Shown: one piece after another, positions 19,362 through 29,732 of the stretch | How positions within the stretch are numbered: position 1 is the stretch's first letter | Layout of the letters: each line of letters starts with the position of its first letter | Origin: an uncultured Candidatus Saccharibacteria bacterium | GTDB taxonomy: Bacteria; Patescibacteriota; Andersenbacteria; UBA10190 | Direction of reading: 5' to 3' | DNA: 64,000 nucleotides | Assembly (NCBI GenBank): GCA_964372635.1 | Contig: CAYJQW010000005.1 | Coordinates: forward strand, 44 to 64,043 | Translations under genes and position numbers: made by a program | The notes under the pieces: generated by a model | What the model was told of the DNA's origin: nothing | The model's database searches: none | The model's input: only the letters and a program-made list of their open reading frames with translations

Positions 19362-20333
19362 TCAAAAGACGATGTTTGGCTGCAAACTAATAGGAGAGTG
19401 CTCAACAGTACCGACGCCAATTAAAGTTTTGTCCATATTAAATACTGCCGCCAGACTATGCTCTAATGCCGAATTGCTATTGTTTTCTATGATTAGTTCG
19501 TTAATTGTTTGCCCCTTTCTATATTTTACGACATTGAGAGGTGATAGAGTTATTCTTGGCAGATGGCCAACAAGCGTTTCAGGAGAAAGCAGGGCTTGTG
19601 GAAAAGTTTCTTGAGTCAAATCATCTAACGAATGAACTTGCCGTATGTCAAGATGACCTATTCTAGTTCGGCGCAATTTTGAACAATAAGCGCCAATTTG
19701 TAAAGCTTCACCAATGTCACGAGCCAAGGCGCGTATGTAGGTTCCAGTGCTACATGTTATACGCAACACAATATTCGGGTATTCATATTTCAAAATGGAA
19801 ATATCCGAGACATGCACTCGTCGCAGGGGCACTGTCACAGACTCCCCTTTTCGAGCATATTCGTACAATTTCATACCAGCGACTTTGATTGCAGCATAAG
19901 CAGGTGGAGATTGCAGATATGATCCTTCAAACTTAGTTAGAACATTTTTGATTCGAGCGTAATCTATTTGTAAGTTTCCCTTTACCTTAATAATTTCGCC
20001 GGTGCTATCATCAGTCGAACTTACTGCCCCAAGCGTGATTGTAGTCTCATACTCCTTTTCCCAAGCGTGCGTAAAGCGAAGTAACCGCGTCGAGGATCCA
20101 ATAGCTACAATTAAAACACCTGTGGCGAACGGATCCAGGGTTCCCGCATGCCCAACTTTTGGTCGCTTACGATCAATTGTTGTCGCTTTCTTCTGGCTAT
20201 GAGCTTGGACTCCACTAGTGGCGTAAGTGGATGACATTATCAAATCTCTTACCCTATCGCACACATCATGGCTTGTCAGGCCGCGAGGTTTGTCAATAAT
20301 AATAACCCCGGAAGTTGTTGCTAGTTTGGACAT
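19362..20333 (-). CDS. truB: tRNA pseudouridine(55) synthase
   Basis: GVIIIDKPRGLTSHDV and the GHAGTLDPFATGVLIVAIGSSTR catalytic motif. Confidence 0.85.
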   Translation of the reverse strand: MSKLATTSGVIIIDKPRGLTSHDVCDRVRDLIMSSTYATSGVQAHSQKKATTIDRKRPKVGHAGTLDPFATGVLIVAIGSSTRLLRFTHAWEKEYETTITLGAVSSTDDSTGEIIKVKGNLQIDYARIKNVLTKFEGSYLQSPPAYAAIKVAGMKLYEYARKGESVTVPLRRVHVSDISILKYEYPNIVLRITCSTGTYIRALARDIGEALQIGAYCSKLRRTRIGHLDIRQVHSLDDLTQETFPQALLSPETLVGHLPRITLSPLNVVKYRKGQTINELIIENNSNSALEHSLAAVFNMDKTLIGVGTVEHSPISLQPNIVF

Positions 20334-20396
20334 CTGTCGGATGATAAGATAAAGTGGCGTTGTTATTTTTTCTTAAGAACCTATAGCGTACAACCT

Positions 20397-21395
20397 ATGG
20401 CAAAAAATGCACTAATTACCGGTATTACCGGACAGGACGGCTCTCATCTCGCCGAGTTGCTTTTAGAAAAAGGCTATTCTGTCTACGGCATTGTTCAGCG
20501 CTCGGCCACTGATCCCTATGACAATATTCGCCACATTCTTAGCGATGTGAATGTCTTAGTTGGAGATTTATCGGATTCCTTGTCTCTAGTCAGGGCTATC
20601 GAAGCATCGCAGCCGGATGAAGTCTATAATTTAGCCGCCCAGTCATTTGTCAAGAGTAGTTATGAAGTACCTGAAATGACGGGAGATGTAACAGGCATAG
20701 GGGTGGCCCGCATGCTTGAGGCTGTTCGTCAGGTGAAACCTGAAGCACGTTTTTATCAAGCCTCAAGTTCGGAGATGTTTGGCAAAGTTATAACTACACC
20801 ACAAACAGAAACTACACCCTTCTATCCACGTAGTCCCTATGGCGTGGCTAAGGTCTACGGTCATTGGATTACTGTAAATTATCGGGAAAGTTACAATATG
20901 TTTGCGTGCTCAGGTATTCTTTTTAACCATGAAGGACCGCGGCGTGGCTATGAATTTGTCACTCAGAAGATCGCTAGTACCGCTGCTTACATCAAGGAAG
21001 GCCTAGTTAGTGAACTACGTCTTGGTAATCTTGAGGCCAAGCGAGACTGGGGATATGCTGGCGATTTTGTCGTCGCCATGTGGCTAATGCTGCAACAAGA
21101 CAAACCTGATGACTATGTGATTGGTACAGGTGAAAATCATTCGGTTCAAGAATTTTGTGAAGTAGCATTTAAACATCTGAATCTGGATTGGCAAGACTAT
21201 GTAGTTAAGGATAAAAAGTTTATGCGGCCAGCTGAGGTTGATACGCTGCTTGCTGATTCCAGTAAGGCCAAGCGACAACTAGGGTGGCAACCAAAAGTTA
21301 ATTTTGAGCAGCTTGTTATTACCATGGTTGAGGCGGCGCAGGAGAAAATCTCTAGAGCTAAATCAGGAGAAATTCCGAGATTACCCGTGGCCTGA
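20397..21395 (+). CDS. gmd: GDP-mannose 4,6-dehydratase
   Basis: ALITGITGQDGSHLAELLLEKGYSVYGI, YNLAAQSFV, YGVAKVYGHWITVNYRESY. Confidence 0.85.
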   Translation: MAKNALITGITGQDGSHLAELLLEKGYSVYGIVQRSATDPYDNIRHILSDVNVLVGDLSDSLSLVRAIEASQPDEVYNLAAQSFVKSSYEVPEMTGDVTGIGVARMLEAVRQVKPEARFYQASSSEMFGKVITTPQTETTPFYPRSPYGVAKVYGHWITVNYRESYNMFACSGILFNHEGPRRGYEFVTQKIASTAAYIKEGLVSELRLGNLEAKRDWGYAGDFVVAMWLMLQQDKPDDYVIGTGENHSVQEFCEVAFKHLNLDWQDYVVKDKKFMRPAEVDTLLADSSKAKRQLGWQPKVNFEQLVITMVEAAQEKISRAKSGEIPRLPVA

Positions 21396-21423
21396 TTAAA
21401 AAATGTGGCGCAACCGGTTAACT

Positions 21424-22326
21424 ATGAGTGATTCTATAATTATTACCGGCGGTCGAGGTTTTGTCGGCCAGCACTTAAAATCCGAGTTACAAAGGATTTT
21501 CAAAAATAGAGAAATAATTTCTTGGGACTTACCGGAGGTTAACATTACTAAACCTGAAACCTATCAAGCTGAACTACGGGCTATTAAACCGGCTTGGATT
21601 TATCACTTGGCGGCTTTTAGTTCTGTCGGAAAAAGTTTTGCTTTAAAGGAACAGGCTTTCAAGATAAATGTTGAAGGTACGAAATCGTTGCTTGAAGCAA
21701 TGACTCACCTCACACCTCACACCGGTATTATTGTAGCAAGTAGTGCGGACATCTATGGGCAAGGATCGAACATTCCCCTGCCTGAGTTGCCGCTTGAACA
21801 ATGCCAGCCAAAAAATCCTTATGCGGCCAGTAAATTGGCTATGGAGAGGCTGATCATTGACGACTTTAATAGCATGGTTATTCGGGTTCGGCCATTTCCG
21901 CATATTGGCCCAGGCCAACAGACTGGTTTTGTCACGGCCGACTTTGCCTCGCAGATAGCTGCGATAGAGAAGCAGCAGCAGCCACCGATCATGAAGGTTG
22001 GCAACTTAAAAACTCAACGAGATTTTACAGATGTTCGCGATGTTGTTCGGGCCTATTGTTTACTAATGGAACATGGCAAACGCGGCGAGGTTTATAATAT
22101 TGCTTCCGGTCAAGCTGTTAGTGTTCAATCTATTCTTAAACATCTTTTAACATTGACTGATTTGGCGATCAGCGTTGAGCCGGATCAAGCGCGGCTCCGT
22201 TCGGCTGATATTGCCATATCTCTTGGTGATGCTACTAAATTGAAACAAACAACAAACTGGCGACCAGAAATACCGCTTGAGCAATCGTTAAAAGATATCT
22301 TAAATTTCTGGCGGACTAAAGTTTGA
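21424..22326 (+). CDS. NAD-dependent epimerase/reductase of the SDR family adjacent to gmd (GDP-4-keto-6-deoxymannose reductase or GDP-fucose synthase type)
   Basis: IIITGGRGFVGQHL Rossmann motif and YAASKLAMERL (YxxxK). Start taken at ATG 21424; the ORF frame opens at 21403. Confidence 0.55.
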   Translation: MSDSIIITGGRGFVGQHLKSELQRIFKNREIISWDLPEVNITKPETYQAELRAIKPAWIYHLAAFSSVGKSFALKEQAFKINVEGTKSLLEAMTHLTPHTGIIVASSADIYGQGSNIPLPELPLEQCQPKNPYAASKLAMERLIIDDFNSMVIRVRPFPHIGPGQQTGFVTADFASQIAAIEKQQQPPIMKVGNLKTQRDFTDVRDVVRAYCLLMEHGKRGEVYNIASGQAVSVQSILKHLLTLTDLAISVEPDQARLRSADIAISLGDATKLKQTTNWRPEIPLEQSLKDILNFWRTKV

Positions 22327-22333
22327 TGGCAGT

Positions 22334-24223
22334 TTATTGCACTCGATATAATTGGTACGAAGAATTTACTGCCACCAGTTGCCAATTTGGTTGAATGACA
22401 AGTTGCGGAAATTGTTGCCGCTCAACTGGTCCAATGACGACAAAACCTGGTTCAATTTCCGGTAAATCTTCGCGTCTCCCCTCATAGAAATCTTTTATAG
22501 CTTGCTCACGGGTAAAATATGGCAAGCCATGACTCCAAACATGACCGGGAAATCCCATATACTGAATTCGGCCTGACAGGGCGACCGGACTATTATGATA
22601 TGGTGCAGTTAAAATAACAGCATTAGTTTCGGTTAATTCTTGTATTTGTCTGGCGATGTTAATGGCCTCGCTATTCCACTCTTCATAGGCTTGAGCAGAA
22701 GGCAAAGCAGTTCTAAAGAGATCCAAAAATCCTGTTTGCATATGAATAATCATAAAAAGAATAACTAAAGTTGATAGAAGCAATCGATTATAACTCAGTA
22801 ATTTATTCAGCAGCCAACCAATTGAAGGCAACGTCAGGATTAGCCACCAGATCAATAGCTTATAGTTGTCCCAGGCCCAAGGAGCAAATATAAATAGATT
22901 AGCGCCGGTGAAAACAAGCAAACCGGCCGCCGTGATTGCTTTAAGAGAACGAGAGCCGGGTATAAGAATACTGAGCAGGCTAACGGGAATTAGTAGGCCG
23001 GCATTTTTAAACCAAAACCACAGCCAGTTTTCTTGAGCTGTCCAACCGGGGGCAAAACGAAAGAATTGCCCAGATGTGCCCGCTACACCATTAATAAAAT
23101 ATAAAACTTCTTGGAAGCCGACAATGACTGAGACACCAGCAAAAACTAGCCACGCCGCCACGGCTTGAGATCGATGGTTGCGTTCACTAAAAATATGGAC
23201 AAGCGCCAGGAATAAAATTGTCGGTATCATGACTAGCACGGTATGAGCATGGGCCAGTGGCATAAGACCGGCGACAACACCGGCCAGAACGAACGGGACG
23301 AGAGATTTTTTTTCAAAAGTTTCCAGTGCAGTGAGCAAGATTATAAGTAAGCTCATGGCTAAGGGTAAGCCGAAAAGCAGTGATCGCTGAGGCAAGAGTC
23401 CGGCGATGATAATATTTAAAAATTGCCAGCCGGGGAGTTCGCCGCCGCTGCCGGTACCAGCGTAGTCGCGAGGCAGATGAAGGAAAAAATCAAGCACTGG
23501 TCGAGCACTATTAGCAAGGTCAGACGTCAGCTGAGTCCAGCCTAAGGTGCTGCCTGAGAATATGAGCAACAGTATCGCTATAGCAGCAGCCGTTGTGTTC
23601 CCTGTAATCGTGCGGGCAAAAATAAAGAACAAAGTAAAAAATATTGGCAGAAGGATAAGGACGGGCGTCGTAACACTTTCTGCGATGGTGGCACCAGCGA
23701 TGACGAGAAGACCGCTGAAGAAATTTATTAAAAATGGATAAAATAATTTACTGCCGGCATAGATAGGATCCTGCGGTGGCACAGCTTGACCTTCAGCAAA
23801 ACCAGTAATATTTGCCACATGCCAGCCGAGATCACCCCAGGCATTTAGGACGTTTGTACTTAAGGCAGTACCATCAAAAAAAAGTAACTTTGGGGCGAGA
23901 AGTAGAGCCAATACCAGCGTCAGAATCAGAACGGTAGTGTTAGCCCGATCCCACAAATTAAAATTTAATACTGATAGTTGCAGTCGGGGCTGAACAGTCA
24001 ACAGAGCTATAAAACCTAAAATTGTTAAAGTAATCCAGATGACAAGCGGAGTTATTTTTATCACTGCCGCTAGAATATAGAAACCGGTTGTCACACTAAC
24101 TAGACCAACAATTGTTCCGATTAATAGATTTGTAACAGTGTCGCGGGCAATATTATAGCGATTAGTAAGACTGCTACCGATAAAACCGGGGATGATAAAA
24201 AGTAAAAGGCCGAGGATTGTCAT
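22334..24223 (-). CDS. Polytopic membrane protein (629 aa, ~14 TM plus C-terminal soluble domain), candidate GT-C-type glycosyltransferase
   Basis: Many hydrophobic helices. Sits next to GDP-sugar genes. No catalytic motif recognised with certainty. Confidence 0.4.
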   Translation of the reverse strand: MTILGLLLFIIPGFIGSSLTNRYNIARDTVTNLLIGTIVGLVSVTTGFYILAAVIKITPLVIWITLTILGFIALLTVQPRLQLSVLNFNLWDRANTTVLILTLVLALLLAPKLLFFDGTALSTNVLNAWGDLGWHVANITGFAEGQAVPPQDPIYAGSKLFYPFLINFFSGLLVIAGATIAESVTTPVLILLPIFFTLFFIFARTITGNTTAAAIAILLLIFSGSTLGWTQLTSDLANSARPVLDFFLHLPRDYAGTGSGGELPGWQFLNIIIAGLLPQRSLLFGLPLAMSLLIILLTALETFEKKSLVPFVLAGVVAGLMPLAHAHTVLVMIPTILFLALVHIFSERNHRSQAVAAWLVFAGVSVIVGFQEVLYFINGVAGTSGQFFRFAPGWTAQENWLWFWFKNAGLLIPVSLLSILIPGSRSLKAITAAGLLVFTGANLFIFAPWAWDNYKLLIWWLILTLPSIGWLLNKLLSYNRLLLSTLVILFMIIHMQTGFLDLFRTALPSAQAYEEWNSEAINIARQIQELTETNAVILTAPYHNSPVALSGRIQYMGFPGHVWSHGLPYFTREQAIKDFYEGRREDLPEIEPGFVVIGPVERQQFPQLVIQPNWQLVAVNSSYQLYRVQ

Positions 24224-24316
24224 AAAAGTCTAACTAATTACTTTCAAAAAAATATTGCGCTTCCTATCTTACTATTGGCAAGGTCTATGTATAAGCTTCT
24301 CTTTAAGCTTTAGCTT

Positions 24317-24709
24317 ATGATGGAACAAAATAAGGTCCGAACACAAACTCATATTATTAGCCACGCCGAGCTGGCTGATCTTTTAGCTGAAACACCGCCC
24401 AAAAATTATGATCGTGTGCACGGGTATAGCTTGGTCAACGTTTCTCCTTGGGAGCAATTTGCGCGGATACATATTCCGGGTTCAATAAATATTACGGAAG
24501 GTAGTGAAGAAGAGTTTGAATATCTCTTTGATAAGAAAAAGGAAATAATCGTGTACGGTATTTCCCCGCAGAATCGTCTTTCCTTATCAATTGCCGAGGA
24601 GCTAACTCGGCGTGGTTTTCACAATGTTATGGCTTATCAAGGTGGCTTGGCAGACTGGCGCTCACACGGCGGCCAGGTTCACCAGTTTCATGTTGAAGGT
24701 GACTATTGA
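24317..24709 (+). CDS. Rhodanese-like domain protein (catalytic Cys replaced by Gly)
   Basis: Rhodanese fold blocks HIPGSINI and IIVYGISPQNRLS, with Gly where the active-site Cys is expected. Its 3' end overlaps the convergent gene by ~80 nt. Confidence 0.5.
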   Translation: MMEQNKVRTQTHIISHAELADLLAETPPKNYDRVHGYSLVNVSPWEQFARIHIPGSINITEGSEEEFEYLFDKKKEIIVYGISPQNRLSLSIAEELTRRGFHNVMAYQGGLADWRSHGGQVHQFHVEGDY

Positions 24710-25946
24710 ACTTTCTCGTGGCGATGTAAATGATGGCCGCCAAAAATATTAGCAGTAATGCGTTTCTGCTCAGAGCTATAATAAACCAAGATACGTCAAC
24801 CGAATTATCATAATACCAGTCCAGAGAGGCCGTATAATTTAGCGGGTACGTCAATTGTGTAAAAATCAGCGATACAATTACCGTGATTAAAATAACCATA
24901 TGTAATGTTTGCGTCCAGACCTGTTTTGGAATCAAGGGTAAAAATGATAGAAACCACCACAAGTACTGCGGATTAAGAACTTTGGCCGTTAGCGTAAATA
25001 CTGTGAGGACAACCAACGGGATAAGTGGATTCCTATAGCCTTCCAAGCGATATCGCCAAAGAAGCCAAATGAAAACTACACCGGTCGGTAAAATCCAGAT
25101 CAAGTTATAGAAGGATAAAGAAAAAATAGTTGTTGGTTCGACTAAACCATGAATGCCGTGGGCATTATCCATTACAAGGTTTTGGCCGGTGCCAATGGCT
25201 AAAATAGTAGCTGCGCTTCCCCACATACTGTCGAGACCAACTGGTTTAATTTGATAACCTCGCAAACTTTCACTAACGTCTTGGATATTCCCACCAAAGA
25301 GTAAAAACGGAATCAACACCAAGGCCAGGCCAGTGCTAAGTCCAATTAAAAAATTTAAGATTAGACGACGGTTATTTATACGAATGAATTCGAAGACAAG
25401 AATGGGAACAATCACAATTGGGTATAACTTAATTGCGATAGCAAGTCCAAGCAACAACCCTGCCCCAGTAACTTGACGCTTCATAAATAAAATCCAGCCC
25501 GATATGGTCAGTAGGGAAACTATTAGATCAAAACGATAAAGTAAAATTGGACCCATGGCAGCCAACATAATAAGTAGCAGCCACGGCTTAGCATTAGGTC
25601 TAAAGCGAGCGTAAACTAAACCATGGCTTATAAGCAGAAGCGCGTTAATAAACAAAGTTGCGGCGAGATAAACAGAATAATTATTTTGAAAAGACTCTAG
25701 GAAGTAAGACACCATAAAAAACCACAAGGCTCCAGGTTGATATTCTTGAAAGCTAATATTTTGCCAGGAACCAGTTTGCCAATATTCTTGCACCTGCTGC
25801 TGATGAATAATTACGTCGGTTTGCAAATGTGATTGCCAGGCAGGATGAAAAGCTTGAATAAAAAGCACAATAGCCAAGACAGTACTACTAACAATAAAGA
25901 CAAGATTCTCATCAGCTAGTAGATTGGCAAAAACATTTTTATTCAT
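24627..25946 (-). CDS. Polytopic membrane protein, DUF2029/GT87-like candidate glycosyltransferase
   Basis: ~11 TM helices. An early extracytoplasmic loop contains EYQPGALWFF (YPP-like motif of GT87/DUF2029 mannosyltransferases). Confidence 0.35.
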   Translation of the reverse strand: MNKNVFANLLADENLVFIVSSTVLAIVLFIQAFHPAWQSHLQTDVIIHQQQVQEYWQTGSWQNISFQEYQPGALWFFMVSYFLESFQNNYSVYLAATLFINALLLISHGLVYARFRPNAKPWLLLIMLAAMGPILLYRFDLIVSLLTISGWILFMKRQVTGAGLLLGLAIAIKLYPIVIVPILVFEFIRINNRRLILNFLIGLSTGLALVLIPFLLFGGNIQDVSESLRGYQIKPVGLDSMWGSAATILAIGTGQNLVMDNAHGIHGLVEPTTIFSLSFYNLIWILPTGVVFIWLLWRYRLEGYRNPLIPLVVLTVFTLTAKVLNPQYLWWFLSFLPLIPKQVWTQTLHMVILITVIVSLIFTQLTYPLNYTASLDWYYDNSVDVSWFIIALSRNALLLIFLAAIIYIATRKFNSHLQHETGEPGRRVSASLPSHLDKP

Positions 25947-25952
25947 ACCAAA

Positions 25953-27989
25953 CTATTTCTTCGGGCGCTCTGCCTGACGCAAGTCTGAGATAACATTACG
26001 TAGTTGCGCGGCCTTTTCAAATTCAAGATTTTGGGCTGCTAATTTCATTTTACTTTCTAACTCGCTCATAACACGGCGCCTTTCATCGGCTGGAATATCG
26101 GCTACCTCCGGCAGATGTAGTACCTGGGCTTGGTGAGCCAGACGATCACGAATTTTTTTTGTAATCGAACGGGGCTTAATTTTGTGATCCTTGTTGTACT
26201 TTGTTTGGATTTTGCGTCGACGCTTAGTTTCCTTTAACGCTTGCTGTATTGATCCAGTTAAGGTGTCAGCATACATAATAACATGCCCCTCAATGTGACG
26301 GGCAGCTCGCCCCATGGTTTGAATCAGGGCCGTGGTTGATCTTAAATAACCTTCCTTATCGGCATCCATGATCGCGACTAGAGAAACTTCTGGTAAATCT
26401 AAGCCTTCTCGTAAAAGATTGATGCCAACTAAAACATCATAAGTGCCAAGTCGTAAGTCGCGTAGGATCTCTAGTCTCTCCAGTGTATCAACTTCACTAT
26501 GGATATAGGCAGATTTAATGCCCATCTCAACTAAATATGTTGAAAGTTCTTCAGCCATGCGTTTTGTTAACGTTGTGACCAGAACACGTTGTTTTTTCTT
26601 CGTGACTTTTTGAATTTCATCCATAATGTCGTCAATCTGATGCTCAGTCGGCCGGACTTCAATCGTTGGATCAAGCAGACCTGTTGGTCGAACAATTTGT
26701 TCAACAATGACATGACTCGTATTATGTTCATAATCCCTTGGGGTTGCGGAAACAAAGATCGTTTGACCAAGCCGATCCTCAAATTCGTTGAATTTGAGCG
26801 GACGATTATCCTTTGCGCTCGGTAACCGAAAGCCGAATCTAACTAATGATTCTTTTCTGGCAGCATCGCCAGCTTGCATACCGCCAATTTGTGGAATCGT
26901 CATGTGTGATTCATCAACAAATGTTAAAAAACCATCACGTCCGTAGGCGTGAATAAAATAGTCGATCAATGTCGCCGGTGGCTCGCCTATGCCACGTCCG
27001 TCAATGTGTCGTGAGTAGTTTTCAATACCTGACACGTAGCCGATTTGGGTAATCATCTCAAGATCAAAGGTCGTGCGCTCCAGAATGCGCTGGGCTTCTA
27101 TGGCCTTACCGAGCTTTTTAAAATACTGGACGCGATCTTGTAGTTCAAGGCGAATACCAGCCATCGCCTGATGCATGCTTTCTTTATTAGTAATAAAAAA
27201 AGTTGCCGGAAAAATGTTTGCCTCCTCAACATAGTTTATTACCTCGCCAGTCAAATCATCCAAACGAACAATTTGTTCAAGCCTAGAGCCAAAAAACTCG
27301 AGACGCAGTACTAAATCTTCGCCGGCCGGGTGAATGTCTATAACATCACCACGGACACGAAAACGACCTCGGCTAAGATCCGTATCATTTCTTTCATATT
27401 GCAATTGCGTCAATTTGCGCAAAACTTCTTGTCTTGACAGCCCAGCACCTTTTTTAAGAACCAATCTCAAGTCCAGATAATCAGTTGGCCTGCCGAGACC
27501 ATAAATACATGAAACTGAAGCTACAACAATTACATCGGAACGAGTTAATACGGCTTCCATCGCGGCGTGTCGCAAGCGATCAATTTCATCATTAATCGCT
27601 GAGTCCTTGGCAATATAGGTATCGGTTCTGGGAATATAAGCTTCGGGTTGGTAATAGTCATAATAAGACACAAAATAATTCACCGAGTTATCAGGAAAAA
27701 ACTCTTTAAATTCCGCAGTTAGTTGGGCCGTCAAAGTTTTGTTATGGGAAATTACAAGCGCAGGTTTTTGAGAAGCGGCGATCACTTCGGCCATCGTGTA
27801 TGTTTTACCGGAACCTGTTACTCCTAACAAAGTTTGTCTATTGGGCTGGGTATTTTTTTTAATTTCCGAATCAGCACCAGATCTGATCTTATGGCCGGTC
27901 TTGGTAAGACCTTGCAATAAATGTTTTATAGCCTGCGGTTGGTCGCCCGCGGGCTTATATGGCGATTTGAGTGTAAACTGGTTTGGCAT
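25953..27989 (-). CDS. uvrB: Excinuclease ABC subunit B
   Basis: [10 protein letters not shown]; [12 protein letters not shown]; helicase motifs; C-terminal UVR domain [18 protein letters not shown] 27989 aligns with canonical UvrB N-termini; the ORF frame is open from GTG 28004. Confidence 0.9.
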   Translation of the reverse strand: MPNQFTLKSPYKPAGDQPQAIKHLLQGLTKTGHKIRSGADSEIKKNTQPNRQTLLGVTGSGKTYTMAEVIAASQKPALVISHNKTLTAQLTAEFKEFFPDNSVNYFVSYYDYYQPEAYIPRTDTYIAKDSAINDEIDRLRHAAMEAVLTRSDVIVVASVSCIYGLGRPTDYLDLRLVLKKGAGLSRQEVLRKLTQLQYERNDTDLSRGRFRVRGDVIDIHPAGEDLVLRLEFFGSRLEQIVRLDDLTGEVINYVEEANIFPATFFITNKESMHQAMAGIRLELQDRVQYFKKLGKAIEAQRILERTTFDLEMITQIGYVSGIENYSRHIDGRGIGEPPATLIDYFIHAYGRDGFLTFVDESHMTIPQIGGMQAGDAARKESLVRFGFRLPSAKDNRPLKFNEFEDRLGQTIFVSATPRDYEHNTSHVIVEQIVRPTGLLDPTIEVRPTEHQIDDIMDEIQKVTKKKQRVLVTTLTKRMAEELSTYLVEMGIKSAYIHSEVDTLERLEILRDLRLGTYDVLVGINLLREGLDLPEVSLVAIMDADKEGYLRSTTALIQTMGRAARHIEGHVIMYADTLTGSIQQALKETKRRRKIQTKYNKDHKIKPRSITKKIRDRLAHQAQVLHLPEVADIPADERRRVMSELESKMKLAAQNLEFEKAAQLRNVISDLRQAERPKK

Positions 27990-28018
27990 GAGTATTCTTA
28001 ACACTATAGGCTAAAGAC

Positions 28019-28582
28019 ATGATCGCAAGTTTACAGGGGATAATTTCCAAACTAGAGCCAAAGTCACTTATTATTGATGTGCATGGCTTGGGCTACCGTG
28101 TGGGAGCATTAGGGGCGCTTCTCGCCGATGTTACCATCGGCCAAGAAATGATTTTGTTAATTCACCATCATGTCACTGATAGTGCTGAGACTCTCTACGG
28201 GTTTAAGACGCAAGAGGATCTTAATTTCTTTGAATTATTACTGACGGTGCCGTCTGTTGGGCCACGCACTGCTCTGAATATTTTAGATATAGCCCCACCG
28301 GCGACCTTAGCTCAAGCAGTCATTGAGGATGATATTAAGTTGCTTACTAAAGTATCTGGCATTGGCCGCAAGACAGCTAACCGAATAATAATTGAGCTCA
28401 AAGGCAAGATTGATGAAACATTAATTTCTGGTGCGCCCAGTAATGTTCAGACGGAAACTGTTTCTGCGTTAGTCAGTCTTGGCTTTACCAGGGAGCAAGC
28501 TCGAGCTCTAATTAAGGAATTACCGAAGAACGTCACAACCGTACAAGAGGCAGTTAAGGCGGCGCTTAAAGAAAATAAGTAA
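28019..28582 (+). CDS. ruvA: Holliday junction DNA helicase RuvA
   Basis: MIASLQGII...IDVHGLGYRV N-terminal OB domain, HhH motifs (GIGRKTANRII) and a C-terminal domain. Confidence 0.85.
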   Translation: MIASLQGIISKLEPKSLIIDVHGLGYRVGALGALLADVTIGQEMILLIHHHVTDSAETLYGFKTQEDLNFFELLLTVPSVGPRTALNILDIAPPATLAQAVIEDDIKLLTKVSGIGRKTANRIIIELKGKIDETLISGAPSNVQTETVSALVSLGFTREQARALIKELPKNVTTVQEAVKAALKENK

Positions 28583-28677
28583 TTCATTGAATAATTTTTA
28601 GCCGAGCGGAGTGTTATTTAGAAAATTTTTTTGCTCAGATAGTTTATCAAATTGGCAAAATTATTCATTTCATCTAA

Positions 28678-29667
28678 ATGGTGCCAGATAGATCACAATG
28701 GAATAACTTGGTGGAACAAGCTGCCGGAGGTTCATTTCTTCAAAGCTGGGAATGGGGGGAATTGCAAGGCAGTATGGGTCTCCCCTACCGACGCTTCTTT
28801 TCTAATGAGAATGAAGGGGCTATGGCCTTGGCCATCAGGCGGCCACTCTTTAGTAATCGATCATGGATATATATCCCTCGCGGCCCTCTTTGGCACAAGA
28901 AACCAGCTTTACTGAAGTTGCTGCCTGATGTGCAGGTATGGGCCGAAGAACAGCGGGCCGTATTCATTCGTGTTGAACCGCCAATAGAGGTGGCACATAG
29001 TTTAGACAAATCATGGCGTAAATCTGAACGTGATGTGCAGCCTAGACATACTCTTATGCTTAATCTCACGGACTCGCTTGAAGACATGCGGGCTGACATG
29101 CATCCCAAAACACGCTATAACATCGGTTTGGCTGAGCGGAGTAAAGTCGCAGTTCGTTTCTCAACCGCCAAGCGTGACATTAACGCCTTTATTACCTTGT
29201 CAAAAGAAGTGAAAGAGCGTTCCGGTTTTCGATATCATCCTGATGATTACTATCTGTCTCTGCTGCGATCCCTTGCCCCGGCCAATATGATTGAGCTGGC
29301 TGTGGCTGAACTCAATGGCGTGCCTTTAGCGATCAACCTTTTGATTTCTTGCAAGGACACTGTGACTTATGCTCATGGTGCAAGTTCATCAACTCAACGT
29401 GAGTTCATGGCCCCTCATCTTCTGCAATGGGAAACGATTCGCCGAGCTAAAGAAAACGGTTATAAGTCTTATGATCTTTATGGGGTAGCTCCACCCAATG
29501 CCGGAGCATTACATCCCTGGGCCGGCATTACTCGATTCAAAAAAGGTTTTGGCGGGCAACTATCATCTTATGCTGGCGCTTATGACCATGTTATTGATCC
29601 TGTCTTGTATTGGTTCTACAATATGGCCCACCGAATTAAACAACTGCCAAATAAGATAAAAAACTAA
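28678..29667 (+). CDS. FemAB-family aminoacyl-tRNA-dependent peptidoglycan branch transferase (FemX-like)
   Basis: FLQSWEWGELQ; size ~330 aa like Weissella FemX; GNAT-like duplicated fold blocks (AHGASSSTQREFMAPHLLQWETIRRAKENGYKSYDLYG). Confidence 0.65.
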   Translation: MVPDRSQWNNLVEQAAGGSFLQSWEWGELQGSMGLPYRRFFSNENEGAMALAIRRPLFSNRSWIYIPRGPLWHKKPALLKLLPDVQVWAEEQRAVFIRVEPPIEVAHSLDKSWRKSERDVQPRHTLMLNLTDSLEDMRADMHPKTRYNIGLAERSKVAVRFSTAKRDINAFITLSKEVKERSGFRYHPDDYYLSLLRSLAPANMIELAVAELNGVPLAINLLISCKDTVTYAHGASSSTQREFMAPHLLQWETIRRAKENGYKSYDLYGVAPPNAGALHPWAGITRFKKGFGGQLSSYAGAYDHVIDPVLYWFYNMAHRIKQLPNKIKN

Positions 29668-29732
29668 TTAACTTAAACCCCCATGTTATTAAAGTTTACT
29701 AACAACATTTACCTTATTAACTGCCTTAGTGC

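Noticed and set aside
28652-28915. 87 aa ORF overlapping the start of the FemX-like gene in another frame
   Set aside because: Overlaps a well-supported conserved gene. No domain.
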